From an uncultured Clostridia bacterium (GTDB lineage: Bacteria > Bacillota > Clostridia > TANB77 > CAG-508), in contig CALXPS010000002.1 in assembly GCA_944390405.1 (NCBI GenBank), positions 2,794 through 66,793 on the forward strand: DNA of 64,000 nucleotides, written 5' to 3'. The translations under genes and the position numbers were made by a program. This document shows positions 28,893 to 38,388 of this stretch, piece by piece; the first letter of the stretch is position 1; every line of letters starts with the position of its first letter. The notes under the pieces were generated by a model that had not been told where the DNA came from, did not search any database, and saw only the letters and a list, made by a program, of their open reading frames with translations.

Positions 28893-29954
28893 ATGGGAAA
28901 ACATAATAGAACTAAAGAAGATGATAAATATAAAAACGTTAAAACTGCAAAAAATTCTAAAAAAGGTAATAAAAAGAAGAAAAAACATATTGTATTAATA
29001 ATATTTTTAATTTTACTTGTAGCTTTAGGAATTTTTATTGCAAAACGACTTTATGATGCACAAGGTAATGTTCTTGGAGCTATACTTGGTCATGATGCAG
29101 AAACTTTGCAAAATTTGGATAAATTGCAGGTATTAATTTTAGGTGAAAGTACTGGTATGTCTGATACAATTATAGTTGCTTCATATGATCCTAAAACTCA
29201 AGAAGCTTCTTTATTATCAATTCCAAGAGATACCTTTACTGGTGAAAATAAATCTTCTGCTAAATATTATCATAAAATAAATGCTCTTTACAATTATGGT
29301 GAGACACCTGAAAAGACAGTTGAAGCTGTAAATGAAATTACTGGTTTAAATATTCAATATTATATACTTGTTGATACTGAAGCATTAATTAAATTAGTTG
29401 ATACAATTGGTGGTTTAGAATTTGATGTTCCTATTGATATGAATTATGATGATAGTACACAAGATTTGCATATACATCTATCTGCTGGATATCAAAAACT
29501 AAATGGTGAACAAGTTGAAGGATTAGTAAGATTTAGACATAATAATGATGGTACTTCCTATCCTTCTGAATATGGTAATGAAGATCATGGACGTTCAAGA
29601 ACTCAGCGTAATGTAGTTATTGCTCTTGCTAACCAAACACTTAAATTTAAAAATATTACAGAAATTTCAAATATCATTGATATCTTTAAAGAATATGTAG
29701 ATACAAATTTAGACTTAGACGCTATAAAAGACTATTTGCCTTATGCTACTCAAATGAATATGGATAATATTAAAGTTGGCATGCTTCCTGGTTATGATGA
29801 TATTGTTAATGGAATTTGGTTTTTCTTCCATGATGAGGAAGAGACAAAGATACTTGTTGATGAATTGTTTAATGGTATAACACCAGAAAGTGAAGAACAA
29901 CAAGAATCAGATGGTGGAAATACAACAAATGAAAATGTAACAGATGACACATAA
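28893..29954 (+). CDS. LytR-CpsA-Psr (LCP) family cell-wall polymer transferase
   Basis: TM anchor, then ILGESTGMSDTIIVASYDPKTQEASLLSIPRDT and VRFRHNNDG. Confidence 0.85.
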   Translation: MGKHNRTKEDDKYKNVKTAKNSKKGNKKKKKHIVLIIFLILLVALGIFIAKRLYDAQGNVLGAILGHDAETLQNLDKLQVLILGESTGMSDTIIVASYDPKTQEASLLSIPRDTFTGENKSSAKYYHKINALYNYGETPEKTVEAVNEITGLNIQYYILVDTEALIKLVDTIGGLEFDVPIDMNYDDSTQDLHIHLSAGYQKLNGEQVEGLVRFRHNNDGTSYPSEYGNEDHGRSRTQRNVVIALANQTLKFKNITEISNIIDIFKEYVDTNLDLDAIKDYLPYATQMNMDNIKVGMLPGYDDIVNGIWFFFHDEEETKILVDELFNGITPESEEQQESDGGNTTNENVTDDT

Positions 29955-29959
29955 TAAAT

Positions 29960-29978
29960 GGCGGGTATAAAACCCGCC
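29960..29978. terminator. bidirectional hairpin terminator
   Basis: GGCGGG-tataaaa-CCCGCC between convergent genes. Confidence 0.7.
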
Positions 29979-29989
29979 AAATAAATATA

Positions 29990-31228
29990 TTATTTAGTTA
30001 TTTCCTTTATTTTCTTTAATGTTTTTGTTCTTTTATATATACCTATTATTCTTAGACTTCCAAATATTATAACTAATCCAATGAATATAAGTGTAAATGT
30101 TAATCCTACTTTACTTTTCTCTACCTTATTTTCTGCAACTAAATTTGCTGTATATGTTTTCCCTTCTACTTCATAAGTTACTGTTCCAACTATCTCTCCT
30201 TTTTCTATTGGTGCTTTTAAATTTTTATTTATTTGTATTTGTGGCTCTATGTTATTTACTTCACTTTCTACTTTTACTACTGCCGTTACATCATTTGCTA
30301 ATATCGCATTTAATTTCTTTGTATCTTGGTTTGCATTTTTTACATTTATTGTTTGTATATTTGTACCTGCTTTTGATATTGTTTTTATAGTATTATTTTC
30401 ATAGGCATATTCTAATATTTTTTCAGTATCTTCATATCTACTATCTGATGTTGTAGATTTCATTGTAACTGCAACAAGTGGCATATCATTTTTTTCAGAA
30501 TATACCATTAGGCAATAACCTGCTGGAGTAGTAAAACTTGTTTTTATACCTTGTGCATATCTATAATAATTACTACTTCCTGCTAAAAGCATTTCATTTG
30601 TTGTTTGATATAATCTATCAGACTTTTCATATTTATTAGTAGCTCCTAATTCATAATATATTTTATCTGTAATATTTCTAATTTCATCATATTGCATTGC
30701 ATATTTAGCAATTAAAGCCATATCATGTGCTGTTGAATAATGTTCTTCGCTATGTGCTCCACTACTATTTACAAAATTACTATTAGTACATCCAATTTCT
30801 TTTGCTTTTTTGTTCATCATATTAGCAAATTCTTCTACATTTCCTGCAACGTGTTCAGCTAAAGCATTTGCCACATCATTATATGAAGATATTAATAGCA
30901 AATTTAGTAGTTGTTCCACTGTAAGTATTTCTCCTGGCTTTATATTGGCCGTTAAGTATCCCGATTGAACATTATCTATTGCACTTTGACTAATTGTTAC
31001 TTCATCTTCCATGTTGCAATTTTCTACTACTAATATTGCTGTTAGTACATTTGTTAAACTTGCAGGATATAATTTTTCGTCCATATTTTTGCTATAAAGT
31101 ATTTTTCCATCTATACAATCTATTACGACTGCTGAAGTTGCAGTAATTTCTGGTTCTGTAGCATTCACGCTAGAAGCTAGTAACATAATTGCAATTGCAA
31201 TTAATATTAATATTTTCTTTACTTTCAT
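29990..31228 (-). CDS. D-alanyl-D-alanine carboxypeptidase (PBP5/DacF-like) homologue with degenerate active-site motifs
   Basis: 412 aa with a signal peptide and the S11 fold pattern. SxxK reads ASLTN (31060..31049) and KTG reads KTS (30544..30536). SxN is retained (SYN). C-terminal TM anchor. Confidence 0.8.
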   Translation of the reverse strand: MKVKKILILIAIAIMLLASSVNATEPEITATSAVVIDCIDGKILYSKNMDEKLYPASLTNVLTAILVVENCNMEDEVTISQSAIDNVQSGYLTANIKPGEILTVEQLLNLLLISSYNDVANALAEHVAGNVEEFANMMNKKAKEIGCTNSNFVNSSGAHSEEHYSTAHDMALIAKYAMQYDEIRNITDKIYYELGATNKYEKSDRLYQTTNEMLLAGSSNYYRYAQGIKTSFTTPAGYCLMVYSEKNDMPLVAVTMKSTTSDSRYEDTEKILEYAYENNTIKTISKAGTNIQTINVKNANQDTKKLNAILANDVTAVVKVESEVNNIEPQIQINKNLKAPIEKGEIVGTVTYEVEGKTYTANLVAENKVEKSKVGLTFTLIFIGLVIIFGSLRIIGIYKRTKTLKKIKEITK

Positions 31229-31312
31229 ATAGAAATATCCTCCCTTTTTAGTGGATTTTCTTTATTATAATAATATATATTTCTTAAAAAAACAATATTT
31301 TAGGAGGTTTTT

Positions 31313-31921
31313 ATGAAAAATTTTGACAAAAAATTACTAATTATTTTTATATTTTTGTTTATAATAATTTGTATATCTATTTATTTTTTTACTAAAGATG
31401 ACCAAATTGAAACAGTTTTTCAAAATGAATTCTATATTTCTCCAAATTCTACTGAAAATCAAAATACAACTGCAGAAATTATTGTTCATATAGATGGAGA
31501 AGTTGTTAAACCTGGAATTGTTTGTCTCCCTACGGAAGCTCGCATTACAGATGCCATTTCTGCTGCTGGTGGACTAACTGAACTAGCAGATACCTCTAAA
31601 ATTAATTTGGCATATTCTTTGCAAGATGGTCAAAAAGTTTACATTCCTAGTATTAATGATACTCAAGTAGAAACCTATATCCAAAATGATGCAGGTGATA
31701 ATGTAATAGTTCAAGATAGTTCATCCTCTTCTCTTATTAATATTAACTCTGCTACTCAATCCGAATTAGATAGTTTACCTGGAATTGGACCTTCTACTGC
31801 TTCTAAAATTATTGATTATAGAAATAAAAATGGAGATTTTAAAAATATTGAAGATTTAATGAATGTATCTGGCATCGGAGAAGCTAAATTCAATAATATT
31901 AGAGACTATATTTGCATTTAA
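31313..31921 (+). CDS. comEA: ComEA-family DNA-binding protein (SLBB + helix-hairpin-helix)
   Basis: HIDGEVVKPGIVCLP ... INSATQSELDSLPGIGPSTASKIIDYRNKNGDFKNIEDLMNVSGIGEAKF. Confidence 0.85.
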   Translation: MKNFDKKLLIIFIFLFIIICISIYFFTKDDQIETVFQNEFYISPNSTENQNTTAEIIVHIDGEVVKPGIVCLPTEARITDAISAAGGLTELADTSKINLAYSLQDGQKVYIPSINDTQVETYIQNDAGDNVIVQDSSSSSLININSATQSELDSLPGIGPSTASKIIDYRNKNGDFKNIEDLMNVSGIGEAKFNNIRDYICI

Positions 31922-31926
31922 ATCTA

Positions 31927-31954
31927 GTATATTTTTGCCTCTTTTGGAAATAAT
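31927..31954 (+). promoter_or_regulatory. forespore (sigma-F/G type) promoter candidate upstream of sigG
   Basis: GTATA, 14 nt, GGAAATAAT. This resembles the GYATA...GGnnAnAnT class known from Bacillus. Confidence 0.35.
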
Positions 31955-31986
31955 GATTATATATTATTCCTAAGGAGGTTTTTTGT

Positions 31987-32760
31987 TTGATAAACAAGGT
32001 AGAAATATGCGGTGTTAATACTGCCAAATTACCTGTTCTAACAAATAAAGAAAAAAACGAATTATTAATAAAGATTAAAAATGGAGATAAAACAGCAAGA
32101 GAAGAATTTATAAATGGAAATTTAAGATTGGTTTTAAGTGTTATTCAGCGTTTTAATGGTCGTAGTGAAAATATAGATGATTTGTTTCAAGTTGGTTGTG
32201 TTGGCTTAATTAAAGCTATTGATAATTTTGATATAAGTTTGAATGTTCAGTTTTCAACATATGCTGTTCCTATGATTATTGGAGAAATTAGGAGACATTT
32301 AAGAGATAATAATCCTATTAGAGTAAGCAGATCAATGAGAGATTTGGCTTATAAAGCTCTTCAGGCAAAAGAAAAATTATTAAAACAAAACCAAAGGGAA
32401 CCTACAATTGAAGAAATTTCAAAAGAATTAGGAATTAATAAAGAAGAAATTGTTGTTAGCCTTGATTCAATTCAAGACCCAATATCTCTACAAGAGCCTA
32501 TTTATAATGAGGGGAATGAAAGTATTTATATAATGGATCAAGTAAAAGATTCTAAAAATACAGATGAACTTTGGGCTGAAAATTTGAGTTTAGCAGAAGC
32601 AATGAAAAAACTAAATTCTCGAGAAAAAACTATTATTTCAAAACGTTTTTTTGATGGGAGGACTCAAATGGAAGTAGCAGAAGAAATTGGAATTTCTCAA
32701 GCTCAAGTATCTAGACTAGAAAAAAGTGCAATAGAAAGAATAAAAAAATTATATAAATAA
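31987..32760 (+). CDS. sigG: RNA polymerase sporulation sigma factor SigG
   Basis: NKVEICGVNTAKLPVL..., NGNLRLVLSVIQRFNGRSENIDDLFQVGCVGL, FSTYAVPMIIGEIRRHLRDNNPIRVSRS, TQMEVAEEIGISQAQVSRLEK. TTG start follows GGAGG. Confidence 0.9.
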   Translation: MINKVEICGVNTAKLPVLTNKEKNELLIKIKNGDKTAREEFINGNLRLVLSVIQRFNGRSENIDDLFQVGCVGLIKAIDNFDISLNVQFSTYAVPMIIGEIRRHLRDNNPIRVSRSMRDLAYKALQAKEKLLKQNQREPTIEEISKELGINKEEIVVSLDSIQDPISLQEPIYNEGNESIYIMDQVKDSKNTDELWAENLSLAEAMKKLNSREKTIISKRFFDGRTQMEVAEEIGISQAQVSRLEKSAIERIKKLYK

Positions 32761-32821
32761 TTTCTTGGTACAATAGTTGCTTTTTTTAATTATAGATAGT
32801 ACAATAGTATTGGTGATTTAA

Positions 32822-34609
32822 ATGATTGATAAGGCACATATGCATAATAAATTTAATATTGCTAAAAAATATCTTCCTTCTAAAAAAGAGATGCAATCAC
32901 TAAGAAATAACATATATTCCATAATGCCTTTTCTTCAATCTTTTATTAAATATTATAATATTAGAGATGCTGTACAGTTTAGAGAAATGATTCAAAACTT
33001 TTTTCAGCTAATTTTTGAAGATTTTTTTAGGCATAATTATATTGATTCAAGATTGTATGAATCTCAAGCAATTGAGTCTATTCTTAAAGACCCCTCTATT
33101 ATTTCAAGAGAATATGCAAATATTAAAAACATGTCAAATACTCATACTGTATATACTGCTAATCTGTATCGTTCACAAAAGTTAGTATTAGTAAATGCCC
33201 TTGATGATATTGCCAATATAGAAGAGTTTGCTCAAAAGTATGGTATTACTTCTGCCTCTGATATAAAAGATATTCATATAGATGGTGAAAATTCAAAAGA
33301 AATTATGAATTTTATAAAATTAACTATTGAAACTTTAAAAAAGAAAAGTATCAATGAAAAAATATTATTTATATTAAAAGAACAAAAAAAAACAAATGAA
33401 GACTTCGTTAAAGAACACCAAATTGCATGTTTAGAATCATTATATGATTTTTTCTCTACATTTAATTTTTTACAAACATATATAAATACTTATACTAGCA
33501 ATAGTATAAAATTTAGTTTTTCTGACTTAAAATACCCTTTGTCTTCTACTACAGATAAAAATGGAGTAATTGGATTAGAACAAGTATTTTCAAAAGAATT
33601 TTTAAATACTTTATCTGTTGAAGATTTATGTTTTTTTAATGCATTTTGGTTTAATAGATTTGCTAAAGAATGTAATAATCTTTATATGGTTTTTTCTACA
33701 ATTGATTCGTTAGATTTGTGGCAAGACATTTTGGATGGGGGAAAAAACTTTGTACTACCAGATAATGTCTTAATTGCCTCATGTCAAAAAACTCACTATA
33801 TATATGGATTACTTAGTGAATCATTTAATATATATCAGGCTAGTATAACTTCTGGTGAAATTAAACAAGGAATATTTTTTTCACATTCTCCCTCAAAAGA
33901 TTATTCTAGTTTTTATAATAAATTACATAATCTTATCGGGAAAGATTATTTTAATTATTTTTCTACATATTTGGATGGTAAAAATAATTTTTTAGAAGAT
34001 GTTATTTTTTCTTCAATTTTTATTAATTTGATAAAATGTGCATATCGTCATAAAGATACCATATTTGAACCTTTATTAAAAAATATGCTTGATAATCCTC
34101 ATTCTAAAAATTGGGGAATAATTAGAGATGAACTAATAGATGGTCAATATCTTGATTCTATTGCTAATAATAATAAAATGATATTACTCTCATTTGATAT
34201 TGAAGGATTTAATATGCCTTTCCGCTTTCATATAAGTAGAGATGCCTTAATTGATATAACTAAATTAAATAATCCTGATTGTATGATTCCAGAGTATCAA
34301 GGAGCAGAAGATTTTGTTATTGGTGGTGAAGTTGTCCCTTCAAATATAATAATGCCAATTCCTAAATCTCATAGAAAAATAATTATGGAACATGCTAATG
34401 CTGATAGTCCTAATAAAAATTTATGGGAACACTTTTACTTTTTAATGAATGGAAGATTCCCTCCTCATCTTACACAAACTGTAAAAATAAGTAAGAAACA
34501 AACTAAACAAACTCGTTTACCTATATGTTACACTAGTTTAAAAAATGGTAAAAGATATTATAAGCAAAATAATAAATTTGTGGAGGTAGATAATGAACTT
34601 GCAAAATAA
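32822..34609 (+). CDS. large hypothetical protein (595 aa), no recognisable domain
   Basis: Clean long ORF whose stop overlaps the start of the next ORF. Confidence 0.6.
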   Translation: MIDKAHMHNKFNIAKKYLPSKKEMQSLRNNIYSIMPFLQSFIKYYNIRDAVQFREMIQNFFQLIFEDFFRHNYIDSRLYESQAIESILKDPSIISREYANIKNMSNTHTVYTANLYRSQKLVLVNALDDIANIEEFAQKYGITSASDIKDIHIDGENSKEIMNFIKLTIETLKKKSINEKILFILKEQKKTNEDFVKEHQIACLESLYDFFSTFNFLQTYINTYTSNSIKFSFSDLKYPLSSTTDKNGVIGLEQVFSKEFLNTLSVEDLCFFNAFWFNRFAKECNNLYMVFSTIDSLDLWQDILDGGKNFVLPDNVLIASCQKTHYIYGLLSESFNIYQASITSGEIKQGIFFSHSPSKDYSSFYNKLHNLIGKDYFNYFSTYLDGKNNFLEDVIFSSIFINLIKCAYRHKDTIFEPLLKNMLDNPHSKNWGIIRDELIDGQYLDSIANNNKMILLSFDIEGFNMPFRFHISRDALIDITKLNNPDCMIPEYQGAEDFVIGGEVVPSNIIMPIPKSHRKIIMEHANADSPNKNLWEHFYFLMNGRFPPHLTQTVKISKKQTKQTRLPICYTSLKNGKRYYKQNNKFVEVDNELAK

Positions 34610-34880
34610 TCAAATTTTAATTAATTACATGAAAGATAGAAAATATACTGAATGTGTATCAATTTTAAAAAATAAAATTGTTTCTTTTGTAATAGATAAA
34701 ATTAAGTCTAAAGATAATACTATTGAATTTACTACTGTTTCTGATTTAATATCCGTCTCAGAATTTTATCTAGGTGATAGCACAGTTGCAAGAGCTTTGC
34801 AAAATGCTCTAATACAAGAGAATATATTAGAGCAAATAAATTACTTATTATCGATATGTGAGAATAATGGTATTAAGTAG
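34593..34880 (+). CDS. hypothetical protein (95 aa), translationally coupled to the 595-aa ORF
   Basis: The ATG lies 17 nt inside the upstream ORF and is preceded by GGAGG (tgtggaggtagataATG). Confidence 0.5.
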   Translation: MNLQNNQILINYMKDRKYTECVSILKNKIVSFVIDKIKSKDNTIEFTTVSDLISVSEFYLGDSTVARALQNALIQENILEQINYLLSICENNGIK

Positions 34881-35898
34881 CACTTTTCTCACTATCTCTA
34901 TTATCTTTTTGTCTATTAATTTCACTTACTAGACTTGCCTTTGTTTGTACACTATTGAATATAGCCCTCGCTGCATTTATATTCATTTGTATCAAATCAC
35001 TATATGTTAATCCTGTGTCTCTTAATACCCATTCATATTCTTGTTCTATATTGGTATTTGAGACTGTATCATTATCTGTATTAATTGTAGTAAGTATACC
35101 GCTTCTGTATAATTTTTCTATAGGATGCTCTCCTTCTACTGCTTGTGTTTGTATATTACTTGTTGGGCAAACTTCTAATGTAATGCCTTTTTCTCTTATT
35201 TCTTGCATAAGTCCTTTATCCTCAATGCATCTTATACCATGCCCTATTCTTTTTGTTCCAAATTCTATAGCTTTTCTTATGCTTTCTGGTCCATCTGCTT
35301 CTCCTGCATGAATTGTATATGGAATATTATTTTGCTTAGCCATAGCAAATATATCTGCAAAATTTGCTGTACTAAATAAAGCTTCTGCTCCTGCTAAATC
35401 AATAGCACATATTCCTTTTCCTAAATATTTTTTAGCTACTTGCACTGTTTTTATATTCTCATCTTGATTATCATTCCCTCTCATACAGCACAATATCAAA
35501 TTTCCATCTACTTTATATTTGCCTTTTGCTTTTTCTAGTCCTCTTATTGCAGCTTCAACCACTTGCTCATAAGATAACCCCTTTTCTAAGTGTTTACTTG
35601 GTGCAAACCTTACTTCTGCATAAATTGTATTTTGATTTGCCAAATCTTCATAAAGCTCATATGTAGCTCTTTCTATTCTACCTGCATTTTGTAATACTTG
35701 TGATGGTATATCAAATTTTTCTAGATATTCATTTAGATTTTTGCAATCTTTGTCTACCATTAATCTTGTTTTTACATCTTCTAAACTTAATGTGGTACCA
35801 TCTTCCTCTAGCCATTCCCTTACTGTTTCTGGTCTTAATGCACCATCTAAATGCAAATGTAAAATAACTTTTTTCATTTCATGAATCTTTGTATCCAT
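34873..35898 (-). CDS. add: adenosine deaminase
   Basis: KVILHLHLDGALRPETV ... HAGEADGPESI ... RIGHG ... LEVCPTSN ... TINTDNDTV. The ATG at 35898 follows GGAGG. Confidence 0.9.
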   Translation of the reverse strand: MDTKIHEMKKVILHLHLDGALRPETVREWLEEDGTTLSLEDVKTRLMVDKDCKNLNEYLEKFDIPSQVLQNAGRIERATYELYEDLANQNTIYAEVRFAPSKHLEKGLSYEQVVEAAIRGLEKAKGKYKVDGNLILCCMRGNDNQDENIKTVQVAKKYLGKGICAIDLAGAEALFSTANFADIFAMAKQNNIPYTIHAGEADGPESIRKAIEFGTKRIGHGIRCIEDKGLMQEIREKGITLEVCPTSNIQTQAVEGEHPIEKLYRSGILTTINTDNDTVSNTNIEQEYEWVLRDTGLTYSDLIQMNINAARAIFNSVQTKASLVSEINRQKDNRDSEKSAT

Positions 35899-35928
35899 AC
35901 ATAATTCCTCCATTATATTTTTTAGTTC

Positions 35929-36822
35929 TTATGCTCTAGGATTAAAATTTGATATATTTTGTAGCTGTACAAATAACTCTTTTTCTTGCTTTGTTAATTG
36001 TTTTGGTACTACAGTTTCTATTTCTGCTATCAAATTTCCTCTTCCACCTTGTCCATCTTTATAGCCTTTATTTGGTATTATTATTTGTTCTCCACTTTGT
36101 ATCCCTGCTGGAATGTTTAGTGTAATATTTTCTTCTATTGATTCAATATTTATGTTCTTACCTAAAGCAGCTTCCCATGGTGAAATATATACATTTGTTA
36201 GTATATCACAACCTTGTAATTTAAATTTTTTATTATTTTCTATATTTATTTTTATAAATAAGTCTCCATTTTTTCCACCATTTACGCCTTGCTTGCCTTG
36301 CCCTAGTAAGCGTATTTTCTCTCCATTTCTAATTCCTGAGGGAACTTTTACAGAAAATGTTTTCATTTGACCTTTTACTGTTCTTAAGGATATTTTCTTC
36401 TCTAATCCATAATATGCATCTTCTAATTTTACAGTAATCTCTGTTTCTATATTTTCTCCCTTTACTGGTAAATTTTTATTTTCTTTTTCTGATGTTTTAA
36501 TTACTGTTTCACCAAAAAACATATTAAAAAACTCACTAAAAGCAGAACCTTTTTCTCTTTTACTTTCTTCAAACTGTGCTTTTTGTTTTTTTCTACCAAC
36601 TTTAGAATTCCACATTCTATCATATTTTCTTTTAGTGCTATTATTTGATAATACCCTATATGCTTCATTTATATCTTTAAATCTTTCTTCAGAATACATA
36701 CTTTGTTTATTTATATCTGGATGATATTTCTTTGCTTGCTCTCTAAAAGCTATTTTTATTTGATTTTCTGTTACTTTATTTGTATCTAAATTTAATATTT
36801 TATAATAATCTTTAAAAATCAT
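35929..36822 (-). CDS. DnaJ-domain protein (CbpA-like co-chaperone)
   Basis: J domain DYYKILNLDTNKVTENQIKIAFREQAKKYHPDINK plus DnaJ C-terminal beta domains and no zinc finger. The ATG at 36822 follows AAGGAGA. Confidence 0.8.
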   Translation of the reverse strand: MIFKDYYKILNLDTNKVTENQIKIAFREQAKKYHPDINKQSMYSEERFKDINEAYRVLSNNSTKRKYDRMWNSKVGRKKQKAQFEESKREKGSAFSEFFNMFFGETVIKTSEKENKNLPVKGENIETEITVKLEDAYYGLEKKISLRTVKGQMKTFSVKVPSGIRNGEKIRLLGQGKQGVNGGKNGDLFIKINIENNKKFKLQGCDILTNVYISPWEAALGKNINIESIEENITLNIPAGIQSGEQIIIPNKGYKDGQGGRGNLIAEIETVVPKQLTKQEKELFVQLQNISNFNPRA

Positions 36823-36938
36823 GGCTTTCTCCTTGACTAACAATTATGTTTACCGATAAAATTATAACATATTTTTACTAAGTTTTCTACTATTTTACAT
36901 TTTTTTTATAAATTAAGTCTGAACTAGTAATATTAATA

Positions 36939-37086
36939 GCATTTCGTAGCCAAACGTAGGAAGTATATGTTCTTTTCGAAAGAAAATAATCAAACAGCCT
37001 GCTGCTCAACTCGTGACCCGCATAGACCTTTTGATTTTTTCTTGAGAAAAAAACATATACTTCCTACGTTTGGCGGATTGTATACC
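36939..37086 (+). repeat. palindromic intergenic repeat, copy D (outer stem carries three compensatory base-pair changes)
   Basis: gccaaacgtaggaagtatatg...catatacttcctacgtttggc, versus gctaaaagcaggaattatatg...catataattcctgcttttagc in copy C. Confidence 0.85.
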
Positions 37087-37245
37087 TCCATTTGTAAAGA
37101 ATAGCAAATTACTTTTGGTTTATTTTAACTAATATATTCTTGTTTTGTTTAAAACTTTTTGTTTTTTTAACTTTTTTTCTCGTTTTTTCTTGTTTTTTTT
37201 TAATTTTATTATATAATGTAGATATGCATTTAAGGGGGTATATTT

Positions 37246-38292
37246 ATGCGAAAAAATTCTCACACAAATATTAACTCACAATATAAAATTATTGCAGTTG
37301 ATGATGAAGTTGGTATTCTAGATTCATTAAATGTATTCTTATCTAAAGCCGGCTATTCTTTTGTAGGTGTTACAGACCCTATGGAAGCAATTGAGAAAGT
37401 TAAGAATGAACATTTTGATTTAATGCTTTTAGACTTTTTAATGTTTCCTATTCATGGAGATCAAGTTGTAGAAGAAATTAGAAAATTTAATAAAGATCTA
37501 TATATTTTATTACTTACTGGTCATAAAGATTTAGCTCCTCCCTTAGAAACCATTAAACGATTAGATATTCAAGGGTATTGCGAAAAAAGTGATAAGTTTG
37601 ATCAACTATTACTATTAATTGAATCTGGAATTAAAGCTGTATCTCAAATGAAATTAATAAAAAATATAAATGCTGAGCTACAAGCTACATATGAAAAATT
37701 AGAATCAGCTTATATGGAAACTATTGAAACATTGCGTTTTACTGTTGAAGCTAAAGATTCTTATACAAGAGGACATTCAGATAGAGTTGCTGAATACTCT
37801 GAATTAATAGGAAAAGCTTTGGGTCTTTCTGAAACTGATTTAAAAACATTGAGAATTGGTGGATTATTTCACGATATAGGTAAAATTGGAATACCTGATA
37901 GTATATTACTAAAAACTACTAAATTAGATGATAATGAGTATTCTGAAATTAAAAATCATCCAGCTATTGGTGCACATATTATATCTAATGCAACGATATT
38001 TAAGGATATAATTCCTATTGTTAAGCATCATCATGAACGTTATGATGGTAAAGGTTATCCTTCAAAATTGCAAGGTGAAGATATTCCATATTTAGCTAGA
38101 ATAACCGCTGTTGCAGATGCTTTTGATGCAATGTCTTCAAAACGTTCTTATAGAGATTCTTTACCATTAGAAGTAGTTAGACAAGAAATAGAAAAAAACG
38201 CAGGTACACAATTTGATCCTGAGATTGCTAAAGCTTTCTTACATATTTTAGATACTGAGCCAGAGGAAATAAAAAGAATACAAAATTTGTAG
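37246..38292 (+). CDS. response regulator receiver fused to an HD-GYP domain (c-di-GMP phosphodiesterase type)
   Basis: REC (IIAVDDE, LMLLDFLMF), then HSDRVAEY...GGLFHDIGKIGIPD...HHERYDGKGYP. Confidence 0.85.
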   Translation: MRKNSHTNINSQYKIIAVDDEVGILDSLNVFLSKAGYSFVGVTDPMEAIEKVKNEHFDLMLLDFLMFPIHGDQVVEEIRKFNKDLYILLLTGHKDLAPPLETIKRLDIQGYCEKSDKFDQLLLLIESGIKAVSQMKLIKNINAELQATYEKLESAYMETIETLRFTVEAKDSYTRGHSDRVAEYSELIGKALGLSETDLKTLRIGGLFHDIGKIGIPDSILLKTTKLDDNEYSEIKNHPAIGAHIISNATIFKDIIPIVKHHHERYDGKGYPSKLQGEDIPYLARITAVADAFDAMSSKRSYRDSLPLEVVRQEIEKNAGTQFDPEIAKAFLHILDTEPEEIKRIQNL

Positions 38293-38343
38293 AGTGATTT
38301 GTTATTTGGTTATTTAATTAGTGCTGTACAGTCCGCCAAGTGA

Positions 38344-38371
38344 AATAGAAGCAGTTCAAACTGCTTCTATT
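38344..38371. terminator. bidirectional hairpin terminator
   Basis: AATAGAAGCAG-ttcaaa-CTGCTTCTATT followed by a T-run. Confidence 0.65.
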
Positions 38372-38388
38372 TATTTTTTAGGAATATT

